DNA from: Candidatus Eiseniibacteriota bacterium
GTDB taxonomy: Bacteria; Eisenbacteria; RBG-16-71-46
NCBI GenBank assembly: GCA_005893225.1
Contig: VBOT01000053.1
Location: 3,462-67,461, forward strand
Direction of reading: 5' to 3'
DNA: 64,000 nt
The notes under the pieces are model-generated. The model was not told the DNA's origin and ran no database searches. It saw nothing but the letters and a program-made list of their open reading frames with translations. Of the stretch, positions 29,834 through 39,195 are shown piece after piece. Position 1 is the stretch's first letter; every line of letters starts with the position of its first letter. Made by a program: the position numbers and the translations under genes.

Positions 29834-31273
29834 TTGAAGAGCTCGAGATGGGCGGGCCTGGTGCTCGCGCTGGCCATCGGCCCGCTCCCGGCCCAGGCTG
29901 CGCCCGCCACGACCCAGCGTCCCCCTGCCGGCACGGCGCCGGCGCGGCGTCCCGCGGGGGCCACCGTCGCGCCCGCGCGGCGCGCCACGCCCGCCCAGCG
30001 TCTCCAGCGGCTCGACGGAATCGCCGCTGTCGTCAACGATGACGTGGTGCTCCAGAGCGATGTCGAGGAGCAGTTGGCGCTGTTCGTCATGCGCAGCCAG
30101 ATCCAGCCGGACTCGGCCGCCGTCGACACGCTGCGCCGCCAGATCCTCGATCAGCTCATCGACGAGAAGCTGATCGTGGCGGAGGCCAAGCGTCAGGGCA
30201 TCACCGTGCCCGACGCCGAGATCGAGAAGCAGGTGGCGGACGCGCTGGCGGACGTCCGGCAGCGGCTCGGGAGCGAGCAGGCGTACCGCGAGCAGCTCGC
30301 GAGAGAGAACATGACCGAGGAGAAGCTGCGCGACAAGTACCGCGACGAGATCCGGCGCCAGCTCCTGGCCCAGCGGCTGGTCCAGAAGCAGTTGCCGCAC
30401 AAGAGCGTGCTCCCGGCGGAGGCGGAGGCCTACTTCAAGGCCAACCACGACAAGTTCCCGAAGATGCCTCCCGAGGTCAGGCTCCAGGTGATCCAGATCC
30501 CCGCCGCCGCCGACTCGGCCACCGAGGCCAAGGCCAAGGCCGAAGCCGTGGCGGTTCGCAAGCGGATCCTGGCGGGCGAGAAGTTCGCCAAGGTGGCGGC
30601 GGATGTCTCCGACGACCCCAACTCCGCGCGTTCGGGCGGCGACCTCGGCTTCTTCACGCGCGGCACGGTGGACTCCTCGCTCGAGGTCGTGGCGTTCGGC
30701 CTCAAGATCGGCGCGCTGAGCCCGCCGGTGCGGAGCCCCTTCGGCTGGCACATCATCGAGGTGCTGGAGCGCGACACGGTCAGGACCGTGGCCGGGCGCG
30801 ACAGCCTCGATCAGCAGGGGCGCCCGGTGCCCGAGGTCCACGCGCGCCACATCCTGATTCGCGTGCCGGTGAACGAGGCCGACAAGGAGCGGTCCCGCAA
30901 GCTCGCCGAGCGGGTTCGCGGCGAGGCGCTCAAGGGCACGGACTTCGGGACCCTGGTGCGGCGCTACAGCAAGTACGACGGGCCCCAGAGCCCGGATGGC
31001 GACGTCGGCTTCGTGTCGATGTCTTCGCTCCAGCCGCAGATCCGCGCCGGGCTCGACACGCTCGAGATGGGGCAGGTCAGCGACGTGCTCGTCAACCAGG
31101 CGGGGTTCAACATCTTCAAGGTCAACGACCGCAAGCCCGAACGCGAATACACGCTCGACGAGATCCGGGGAGAGCTCCCCGAGGTGGTCGCCCAGATGAA
31201 GCAGCGGGACCGCTACGACCAGTGGGTGAAGGAGCTGCGCACCAAGGCCCACATCGAGATCCGGAACTCGTGA
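29834..31273 (+). CDS. surA: SurA-like periplasmic chaperone/PPIase
   Basis: DGIAAVVNDDVVLQSDV N-domain; two parvulin domains (GGDLGFF, SPFGWHII, HARHILI); TTG start with GGAGG. Confidence 0.85.
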   Translation: MKSSRWAGLVLALAIGPLPAQAAPATTQRPPAGTAPARRPAGATVAPARRATPAQRLQRLDGIAAVVNDDVVLQSDVEEQLALFVMRSQIQPDSAAVDTLRRQILDQLIDEKLIVAEAKRQGITVPDAEIEKQVADALADVRQRLGSEQAYREQLARENMTEEKLRDKYRDEIRRQLLAQRLVQKQLPHKSVLPAEAEAYFKANHDKFPKMPPEVRLQVIQIPAAADSATEAKAKAEAVAVRKRILAGEKFAKVAADVSDDPNSARSGGDLGFFTRGTVDSSLEVVAFGLKIGALSPPVRSPFGWHIIEVLERDTVRTVAGRDSLDQQGRPVPEVHARHILIRVPVNEADKERSRKLAERVRGEALKGTDFGTLVRRYSKYDGPQSPDGDVGFVSMSSLQPQIRAGLDTLEMGQVSDVLVNQAGFNIFKVNDRKPEREYTLDEIRGELPEVVAQMKQRDRYDQWVKELRTKAHIEIRNS

Positions 31274-31339
31274 AGGGCCGGCGCTGCCCTCCGCTGAGGC
31301 ATTGAGGCGGCGGTCGGCGCCTGCTAACGTGCGTTCTCG

Positions 31340-32062
31340 ATGATCACGTTCGATGAGGTGACGAGGCGTTTCGGAGAGCGTCTGGCGCTCGATTCCGTCT
31401 CCTGGCACATGGACGAGGGCGAGTGCCTGGTGCTCCTCGGCCCGAGCGGCGCCGGCAAGACCACGGTGCTGAGGCTCATCACCCACGAGATCAAGCCGAC
31501 CTCGGGAACGGTCCTGGTGGGCACGTTCCGCAGCGGCCGCCTGTCGCGCTCCCAGCGCGCCCTGCTGCGCCGCACGCTCGGCGTCATCTACGAGGATTTC
31601 CGCCTCCTGAACGACCGCACCGTGTTCGAGAACGTGGCGCTGGCGGTGCGCATCATGGGTCGGTTCGCCACCTCCGAGGTGGTCCCGCGGGTGATGTACG
31701 CGCTCGAGGAGGTCGGCCTCCAGCACAAGCAGACCGCGTACCCGAACGAGCTCTCCGGCGGCGAGAAGCAGCGGGCCGCGATCGCGCGCGCGATCGTGAA
31801 CCGCCCGGCGGTGATCCTGGCCGACGAGCCCACCGGGGCGCTCGAGCCAGGGAGCGCCGGCGAGGTGCTGGCGCTCCTCAAGCGCATCCACCTCTAGGGC
31901 GCTGCCCTGCTCCTCGTCACCACCCGCCGGGAGGTCGCTCATGCGCTCGGCGGGCGGGTGATCACCATCGTCGACGGGCGCGTCCGCGAGACCGAGGCGG
32001 GTGCCGGGCCGGCGCTCGCTGCGCCGATCGCGACCGGCCTCAGGCCGGTGGCCGAGCGCTGA
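31340..32062 (+). CDS. ftsE: Cell division ATP-binding protein FtsE, interrupted by an in-frame TAG at 31895-31897
   Basis: GPSGAGKT, LSGGEKQR, ILADEPTG. After the TAG the frame continues GAALLLVT...RVITIVDGRV to a TGA ending 1 nt before ftsX. Confidence 0.85.
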
Positions 32063-32063
32063 C

Positions 32064-32924
32064 GTGCACCTGTTCTACTTTCGCGAGGCCTGGCGGTCGC
32101 TGAAGCACCACCGCGGGCTCGCCTACACGGCGATCGTCTCGCTCACCGCCGCGCTCACGCTCTCCGGCGTGTTCCTGCTGCTGGCCCACAACGTCGAGCT
32201 GGCTCTGCGGCTGGTGGGAGACCGCCGCGAGATGGTCGTGTACCTGCGGGACTCGGTCACCAAGGAGCAGCGCGACGGGCTGGTGGCGCGCCTGCTGCAG
32301 CTCTACGGCACCGAGGTCACCTACGTGAACAAGGACCAGGCGTGGAAGGAGCTCTCCGACCAGATCGGGGACCGCGAGCTGCTCGAGGCGGTGGACACCA
32401 ACCCGCTGCCGGCCTCGCTGCGCGTCAAGCTCAAGCCCGAGTTGCTCAATTACCGGGCGATGGACGACGCGGCCCGGCAGGTGCGGGTGTTCCCCGAGGT
32501 CGAGGACGTGCGCTACGGCGGCGAGTGGGTGCGGCGCCTCGACGAGCTCGGCCTCGGCCTGCGCCGCGGCGCGATGATCGCGGGGCTCACCGTGGCGATC
32601 GCCATCGTGTTCGTGATCTACAACACCATCCGCCTCACCGTGATGGCCCGGCGCCCGCAGGTCGAGATCATGAGCCGGCTCGGTGCCACCGACCGCTTCA
32701 TCGCCGCGCCGTTCGTGATCGAGGCGATGCTCCAGGCGGCGCTCGCCGCCTTGCTGGCGCTCGGCCTGGTGTTCGCCCTCGAGCGCGCGTTCGAGGCCCG
32801 CGTGGTGGCGGTTTCGTTCCTGCCGGTGACGTGGGCCGCGACATTTCTCGGCGCCGTCGTGCTGCTCTCGTGGATGGCGGCCATGCTGGCGCTCTCGAGG
32901 GTGCTGCGCGCGGTCGGGCCGTGA
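32064..32924 (+). CDS. ftsX: Cell division permease FtsX
   Basis: NPLPAS, VEDVRYG.EW, IYNTIRLTV and MSRLGAT..FI.APF motifs. Confidence 0.93.
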   Translation: MHLFYFREAWRSLKHHRGLAYTAIVSLTAALTLSGVFLLLAHNVELALRLVGDRREMVVYLRDSVTKEQRDGLVARLLQLYGTEVTYVNKDQAWKELSDQIGDRELLEAVDTNPLPASLRVKLKPELLNYRAMDDAARQVRVFPEVEDVRYGGEWVRRLDELGLGLRRGAMIAGLTVAIAIVFVIYNTIRLTVMARRPQVEIMSRLGATDRFIAAPFVIEAMLQAALAALLALGLVFALERAFEARVVAVSFLPVTWAATFLGAVVLLSWMAAMLALSRVLRAVGP

Positions 32925-34096
32925 GGCGGCTGGCACTCGTCCTGATCGGGCTCCTGGCGGCCGGCACCGCGCTCGCCCAGGACAGCCTGGAGGCCGCGAA
33001 GCGCCAGGAGCTGGAGGCGATCCGGCGCGAGGCGCGCGAGAAGCGTGAGGCCGCCGCGCAGCTCAAGGGTCAGGAGAACAAGGCGCTCGCCCAGCTCCGG
33101 CGCACCGAGCGCGAGCTCAATCTCACCCACAAGCGCCTCCGCTCGCTCGACCAGCGGCAGCGCTCGCTCGACAGCCGGCTCGACGCCACGCGCGTGGACC
33201 TCGACCGCAGCGTGCTGTCGCTCCAGCAGCAGAAGGAGCGGCTCGCCCGGCGGCTGCGCAACCTCTACAAGTTCGGCGCCGCGCGCGAGCTGGAGTTCCT
33301 GCTCTCGCCGCGCTCGTTCGCGCAGCTCCTCGCCCGCTGGGACTTCCTGGTGATGATCGCCGAGCAGGACCGCATCCTGCTCCAGGACGTGCAGGCGCGG
33401 AAGGAGGCGGTCGAGACCAACAAGCAGCGGCTCGAGATCAACCTGTCCGAGACCGAGCGCAACGCCCGGCGCACCACCCGCGAGAACGACCGGCTCGCCA
33501 CCCTCCGCCAGCTCCGCGCCTCGACCGTGACCACGATCAAGTCCCAGCGCGAGACCTACGAGGCGGCCGCCGCCGAGCTCGAGAACACGGCCCGCGCGAT
33601 CCAGCGGCTGCTCACCCAGCTCGAGCGCCGGCGCCAGCAGGAGTCGGCGCACGAGCGCGCCCAGGGGCGCGAGCCGCAGCCCTACACCGGGGACTTCGCG
33701 CGGGGGCAGGGCCAGCTCGACTGGCCGCTGCGCGGCAGCCTGGTCGGACGCTTCGGGCCCGAGCGTCACCCCAAGTGGGGAACGGTGACCATCAACAACG
33801 GGATCGACATCGAGACCGAGATCGGCACGCCGGTACGCTCGGTCGCGAAGGGCCGGGTCGACTACACGAGCGAGGACTTCGGCACCTACGGCCAGATGAT
33901 CATCGTGAACCACGGCGACGGCTACTACACGCTTTACGGCCACCTCTCGGAGATCGGCGTCTCGGTGGGGCAGGAGGTCGCTGCCGGGCAGGTGATCGGC
34001 AACTCCGGCGACTCGGGATCGCTCAAGGGCCCGGTGCTGCACTTCGAGGTCCGCAAGGGCGGGACGTCGCTCGACCCCGAGCAGTGGCTGCGGTGA
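32921..34096 (+). CDS. envC: EnvC-like murein hydrolase activator (coiled coil + M23)
   Basis: Signal peptide, long coiled coil, LDWPLRG, NNGIDI, YGHL, LHFEVR; follows ftsEX. Confidence 0.88.
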   Translation: MRRLALVLIGLLAAGTALAQDSLEAAKRQELEAIRREAREKREAAAQLKGQENKALAQLRRTERELNLTHKRLRSLDQRQRSLDSRLDATRVDLDRSVLSLQQQKERLARRLRNLYKFGAARELEFLLSPRSFAQLLARWDFLVMIAEQDRILLQDVQARKEAVETNKQRLEINLSETERNARRTTRENDRLATLRQLRASTVTTIKSQRETYEAAAAELENTARAIQRLLTQLERRRQQESAHERAQGREPQPYTGDFARGQGQLDWPLRGSLVGRFGPERHPKWGTVTINNGIDIETEIGTPVRSVAKGRVDYTSEDFGTYGQMIIVNHGDGYYTLYGHLSEIGVSVGQEVAAGQVIGNSGDSGSLKGPVLHFEVRKGGTSLDPEQWLR

Positions 34097-34171
34097 GCGG
34101 AACGATTCCACGGTGGCCGCTCCGGGCGCGGCGCCCGCTGTGAACTTGACCCGGGAATAGCTGGGATCGAC

Positions 34172-35305
34172 GTGCCCATTCCCGCGCTCTCCGACCTCCT
34201 GGGACAGCCCGAGGCCTCCGCGTTCCTGAGCGGCGTCGTCGCGCGCGCCCGGTACGCCAACGCCTACCTCTTTCAGGGTCCCGCGGGGGTCGGCAAGGGG
34301 ACCGCCGCCCTGGCCTTCGCGCGCGCCGTCCTGTGCGACCGGAGCGGGGGAGCGCCTCCGTGCGGGCGCTGTCCCGCCTGCCTCAAGAGCGCCCGCCTCC
34401 AGCACCCGGATCTCAAGTTCCTGTTCCCGGTCTCCGGCGAGGAGAAAGATCTGGACGAGACCATCGCCGCCACGCTCGCGGCGTGGCGCGAGGACCCGCT
34501 CTTCGTGTTCTCCTACGAGAAGGCGGCCTCGATCCGTCTCTCGATCACCCGCGACCTGCTCCGCGAGCTTGCGTTCAAGCCGTTCGAGGCCCAGCGCCGC
34601 GTGGTGGTCGTGCGGGACGCCGACCGCATGCGCGAGGACCAGTACTCGGCGATGCTCAAGGCGATCGAGGAGCCGGGCGCCTCCAGCCTCTGGGTGCTCA
34701 CCACCGCGCGGCCCTCGCGCCTGCCGGCGACCATCCGCTCACGCTGCCAGAAGGTGCGCTTCGCCCCGCTGCCCGAGGACCTGATCGCGGACTTCCTCTC
34801 CGAGCGGGCCGGCATCACCGCGCGCCCCGCGCGCATGCTCGCGGCGCTTTCCGGAGGCTCGCTGGCCCGCGCGCTGACGCTGCGCGAGCAGGATCCGCTG
34901 GCGCTGCGCAACCAGGCGCTCGCCCTGCTCGAGCCCGCGCTGCGAGGGGACCCGGCCACTCTGTGGAAGACGCTCGGCCGCCTCGGTCGCCCCGGACGCG
35001 AGACGATCCGCCGCCTCGTCGAGTTCCACCAGCTCTGGCTGCGCGACATCCTGCGCGCCCGCTACGGCGCGCCGCGCGAGTCGCTGGTCCATCGCGACCG
35101 GGAGGAGGAGATCCGCAAGCAGGCGCAGACACTCGATGCCACCGAGGTCCGGCGCCGGCTGATGGTGCTGGAGGAAGTCCTGCGCGCGATGGAGAGCAAC
35201 GTCGCGGTGGAGGTCGCGCTGTTCTCGGCGCTGACCCGGCTGGCGGACCGGTCGCTCGAGACCGACTCCTGGCCCCCTCATCCGACCGATCGGTGGGCCT
35301 ACTGA
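34172..35305 (+). CDS. holB: DNA polymerase III delta-prime subunit
   Basis: AYLFQGPAGVGKG, CGRCPAC, HPD, LKAIEEP and LPATIRSRC motifs. Confidence 0.9.
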   Translation: MPIPALSDLLGQPEASAFLSGVVARARYANAYLFQGPAGVGKGTAALAFARAVLCDRSGGAPPCGRCPACLKSARLQHPDLKFLFPVSGEEKDLDETIAATLAAWREDPLFVFSYEKAASIRLSITRDLLRELAFKPFEAQRRVVVVRDADRMREDQYSAMLKAIEEPGASSLWVLTTARPSRLPATIRSRCQKVRFAPLPEDLIADFLSERAGITARPARMLAALSGGSLARALTLREQDPLALRNQALALLEPALRGDPATLWKTLGRLGRPGRETIRRLVEFHQLWLRDILRARYGAPRESLVHRDREEEIRKQAQTLDATEVRRRLMVLEEVLRAMESNVAVEVALFSALTRLADRSLETDSWPPHPTDRWAY

Positions 35306-35361
35306 AGACGCCGTCGCGCCGCGGCGTCCCGTGGCGCGGCCGGCCGACCCCGCCGCCGCCG

Positions 35362-35583
35362 TCATTCCTCCCGGGCGTAGAGCTCGACGTAGCCGCAGCG
35401 CTCGCAGCGGTACGCCGTGATCGGGTGCCGCGCCTTGCCGCGCGTCTTGGTTCGGCCCCAGAACGAGCGCTCCGGGGCCCCCTCGATCCAGGACGCCACC
35501 TTTCCGCTGTCGTGGTGAGATCGATCGAAGAGGAATCCCCGCTGCATGCTGGCCGAGCATCGCGCGCACTTCGGCTGATTCAT
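35362..35583 (-). CDS. Small Zn-ribbon protein (DUF6487-like)
   Basis: 73 aa: CARC..MQRGF...AYRCERCGYVELYA. Confidence 0.75.
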   Translation of the reverse strand: MNQPKCARCSASMQRGFLFDRSHHDSGKVASWIEGAPERSFWGRTKTRGKARHPITAYRCERCGYVELYAREE

Positions 35584-35648
35584 GGTCCGCCCCTTTCCTC
35601 CTGCCTCACCCACCCGAGCGCCTGGCACGCTCGCGGCGGGCGAGCGTA

Positions 35649-38600
35649 CTACTTCACGAGGAGGAAGCGTCCCGACGTTGCCCGGCCCCCGGCCAGGACG
35701 CGATAGAAGTAGACCCCGCTCCCGAGGGGCGCTCCGGACTCGCCCGAGCCGTCCAGGGCCACCTGGTGCTCGCCCGGAAGGATGCTCGGGAGGTCCAGGA
35801 GCGTGCGGACTCTTCGTCCGCGAAGGTCGAAGACCTCGATCCGCACCGGCCCGGCCCGCGACACCGAGAAATGGAGCTCGCCGTCCCGCCGGAGCGGATT
35901 CGGCGCCACCCAGGATGCCGGATGTGGAACCGGCGAGGCTTCTGGGCCACTCGCGGCCGCGGAGCGGCTCTCGGCCGCCGAGGCCGCCAGCTCCAGGTGG
36001 AGGATCGCCGCCCCACTCGCGGCGCCGTCGTACGAGACGGCGGTCCGCTTCCCGGACCCGGTGATCAGCAGCGCCAGGGCATTGCCGCTCCGCCACCCCG
36101 GGCGCCCGACGATCTCCTGGATCACGGGCGAGAGATCGGGCGTACGCTGCTCGGTGCCCGCCTGCCCGGCCGTCCAGGGCAGGATCGCCGGCCACGACAC
36201 CGCGGCCTGGGTGCCCGTCCCGAGCCTCGCCGTCAGGCTCCCGCTCCCGGTCGTGAATGCCGCGGCGTTGTCCGCCGCCTCCCCGCGAATCGAAAGGGTC
36301 GTCGCCTCGGACTGCGACTCGTCCGCCTGGAACTGCACGTAGGCCCCCGTCACGCTCGACCCTGCCGGGATCGAGAGTCCCGCGAACCGCAGTCCCACGA
36401 CCTTCTGCGGCGTGCCGTCGATCATCATCTCGAGATCGCTGCTGGTGAGGCTGACGCTCCCGTCGGAATGCTCCTCGGCGTCGTCGGGCCCGGCGGCGAT
36501 CCGAGTCTCGAGCGAGGCCCCGCCTCCTGACGATGGGATGTCGTGGCCGACGATCGCCACCGTGTCGCGCGACACGAGCTGCCCGTCGCTGGCCCGGAGC
36601 TCCAGCAGGTAGGTTCCCGCCACGCTGAACGACGCGCGCGTATCCACCGCGGCGGCGTTCGCGAACGTGACCGTCCCGGGGCCGCTGGCCTTGCTCCATG
36701 TTGTTACGAGGGAAGGCGGCTGCGGCAGCCCGTCGTCGGACACGGTTCCGTCCAGCGGCGCGTCGTTCGGCAGCGTGATGACCTGGTCCGGTCCCGCGTT
36801 CACGACCGGGGCCTGGTTAGTCACGGACCCCGACGTGTACTCCACGTGGAGCAGCGCAGCCGCGCCGGGGATCCCATCGAACGACACCGCGGTCCGGTGA
36901 CCCGACCCGGTGACGAGCAGGGCCAGGGCGTTGCCGCTCCGCCACCCGGCGCGCCCGACGATCTCGCGGATCACGGGCGAGAGGTCCGGCGTGCGCTGAT
37001 CGCTCCCCACCTGCCCGGCCGTCCAGGGCAGGAGCCCCGGCCAGCTCACCGCCGCCTGGGTGCCCGCCCCGAGCCTCGCCGTCAGGCTTCCGCTCGAGGT
37101 CGTGAACGCCGCGGCGTTGTCCGCCGCCTCGCCTCGGATCGAAAGCGTCGTCGCCTCGGACTGCGACTCGTCCGCCTGGAACTGCACGTAGGCTCGCGTC
37201 ACGCTCGAGCCCGCCGGGATCGAAACGCCCGTGAAGCGCAGGCCGACCACCTTCTGAGGAGTTCCGTCGATCATCATCTCGAGGTCGCCGCTCGTGAGGT
37301 TGACGCTCCCGTCGGAGCGCTCCTCGGCGTCGTCAGGCCCGGCGGCGATCCGGGTATCGATCGTCCCGGAGCCCGGAGGCCTCGTGTCCACGCAAGCGGT
37401 GTTCGACGGGGCGCCCTCGAGCCCGTTCGTCCCCACCGCCGTGGCCTCGTAGCACAGCTGGGCCTGCGGCGGGCTCGAGTCGGTGAAGCCGAGACTGGTG
37501 ACCAGGCTCGAGTTGAGCTTCTGGAACGAGCCGCCGTCCGCCTGCCGGTAGACGTCGTACCCGCTCACCGTGCCGGAGGGCGGGCCCCACGACAGGTCGA
37601 CCCGCGTCGGAGAAGAGCGCAGGGTCGCGATCAGGCTCTGGGGCGGTCCCGGCGCCGATCCGCCGGAGCCCGGCGAGCCGAACCCGTTCCACAGCGCCTT
37701 GCTGCCGTTCTCCGCCACGGCGATGAGGCTCCCCCTGGGAAGGATCTGTTTCATCCCGCTCACGTTGTTCATGTCCTTGGTGGACGAGATGAAGATCGTC
37801 TGGCCGCCGAAGCTGAGCGCCTCGATGTCGGCGACTCGATACTCGATGCGTTCGGGCGAGACTCCCCAGCGCGTGTAGAGGATGTAGACCTTGGAGTCCT
37901 GCTCAGCGACCATGATGATGCCCCGCGTCCCGGTCCCCGGGCCAATGACGTCGGTCTTAGTTGTCCAGGTGCCGTTCGTGGCGCGCCGGTGGACGCGCAT
38001 ATGATCGACGGCATCCTTGGTGATGGCGTAGACGCGACCCTGGGAATCGAAGGCCAGGTTCACGTGATCGTCGGCGTGGCCCGAGCCGTGGTCCACGACC
38101 TCCTCCGCGGCCCAGGTGCCGGGAGGATCGCTGTCGCGGTGCACCCGGAACCCGAACTCGTCGCGCTTCTGGTCGGACCAGAACACCCCGACCTTGTCGC
38201 CTCCGAAAGCCACGATCGAGGAGATGTCGTCGGCGTCGATTCCGGAGCGCAGGACGATGGAGCTCGACCACGAGCGGTGGTCGGCGGTGGTGGTGTAGTA
38301 GACGTTGACGTTGCCCCCGCCTTCGGCCGTCGCCCAGAGCCGGCCCGAGGAATCCTCCTCGAGCACCATGGTCTCCGAGCCGCTCGGGTTGGGGACCGTC
38401 ACGGGGAACCCCGAGGCCAGGACCCAGGAACGGGTGCCCGCCGCGTAGGTGTACTGGTAGAGCCGCACCGTGCCCCCGTAGACGAGCACGAAGAGATGCG
38501 TACCGTCCCACTTGACGTCCGCGTTCCCCGAGCTCTGGAGCACCGCATTCGCGAACTGCCCGCGTTGCCAGGCGCCTCCGACCAGCTGGTAGAAGGCCAC

Positions 38601-38807
38601 GCCGTCGGGACCCTGGAGCACGGCCCAGTAGAAACCGTCGTTGTAGAAGAGCTTGGACTGCGGCTTCTCCCCGGTGCTGGCCGCCACGGTGGAGAACATC
38701 TCGAATCCGACGTTCGCCGCCCCGGCGGGCGCGGGGCAGGCGAGGAGCGCCGCCGCCAGTCCGGCCATCACCCCGGCGGCCGCCACCGGCGATCCGGTGT
38801 CACGCAT
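35649..38807 (-). CDS. Large secreted multidomain protein: propeller-like N-domain, FN3, two repeated domains, PKD-like domain, FlgD-Ig-like tail
   Basis: Signal peptide; TGEKPQSKL; FN3 motif LSW...GYDVYR; duplicated TRIAAGPDDAEE...GLRF units; NQAPVVNAGPDQ; PNP...FDLRGRRVRTL...GVYFYR. Confidence 0.8.
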   Translation of the reverse strand: MRDTGSPVAAAGVMAGLAAALLACPAPAGAANVGFEMFSTVAASTGEKPQSKLFYNDGFYWAVLQGPDGVAFYQLVGGAWQRGQFANAVLQSSGNADVKWDGTHLFVLVYGGTVRLYQYTYAAGTRSWVLASGFPVTVPNPSGSETMVLEEDSSGRLWATAEGGGNVNVYYTTTADHRSWSSSIVLRSGIDADDISSIVAFGGDKVGVFWSDQKRDEFGFRVHRDSDPPGTWAAEEVVDHGSGHADDHVNLAFDSQGRVYAITKDAVDHMRVHRRATNGTWTTKTDVIGPGTGTRGIIMVAEQDSKVYILYTRWGVSPERIEYRVADIEALSFGGQTIFISSTKDMNNVSGMKQILPRGSLIAVAENGSKALWNGFGSPGSGGSAPGPPQSLIATLRSSPTRVDLSWGPPSGTVSGYDVYRQADGGSFQKLNSSLVTSLGFTDSSPPQAQLCYEATAVGTNGLEGAPSNTACVDTRPPGSGTIDTRIAAGPDDAEERSDGSVNLTSGDLEMMIDGTPQKVVGLRFTGVSIPAGSSVTRAYVQFQADESQSEATTLSIRGEAADNAAAFTTSSGSLTARLGAGTQAAVSWPGLLPWTAGQVGSDQRTPDLSPVIREIVGRAGWRSGNALALLVTGSGHRTAVSFDGIPGAAALLHVEYTSGSVTNQAPVVNAGPDQVITLPNDAPLDGTVSDDGLPQPPSLVTTWSKASGPGTVTFANAAAVDTRASFSVAGTYLLELRASDGQLVSRDTVAIVGHDIPSSGGGASLETRIAAGPDDAEEHSDGSVSLTSSDLEMMIDGTPQKVVGLRFAGLSIPAGSSVTGAYVQFQADESQSEATTLSIRGEAADNAAAFTTGSGSLTARLGTGTQAAVSWPAILPWTAGQAGTEQRTPDLSPVIQEIVGRPGWRSGNALALLITGSGKRTAVSYDGAASGAAILHLELAASAAESRSAAASGPEASPVPHPASWVAPNPLRRDGELHFSVSRAGPVRIEVFDLRGRRVRTLLDLPSILPGEHQVALDGSGESGAPLGSGVYFYRVLAGGRATSGRFLLVK
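36040..37355 (-). repeat. Intragenic duplication (about 450 bp units, about 850 bp apart)
   Basis: Near-identical DNA, e.g. gtcgcctcggactgcgactcgtccgcctggaactgcacgtagg at about 36301 and 37150. Confidence 0.9.
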
Positions 38808-39195
38808 GGATGTATATCCCAGGTGTGGAGCAGGTGGCTGACGGAGCACCGCGCTCCCGTTGGTCGATTTGCGCGCCGCTCCGCCCTGCGACCTCGCTGC
38901 TTCCAGACACTCCGACGGATCCGTACACGCGAACCCGAGCAGCCGATTCGCGCTCCGGATGGCTCGCGGCCGCCGGACCGTCGCTCTCCAGTCAGCGCGC
39001 GTCTCCGCTATTCTAGCATCTTTTCGATTCGCTTCGAAGGTTCATATCTACTGTTACATGCTGGTATCAATCATTATATCAATGATATTACGGAGCCGGG
39101 GTCGCGCTCCCGGGCGCGCCGGGGACGGTCCCGCACGGCAGCCGGGCCTCGGTCCTCGCCGGGGCAGGCTGCCCGGCGTGTCCCGGAGGGGTTTC

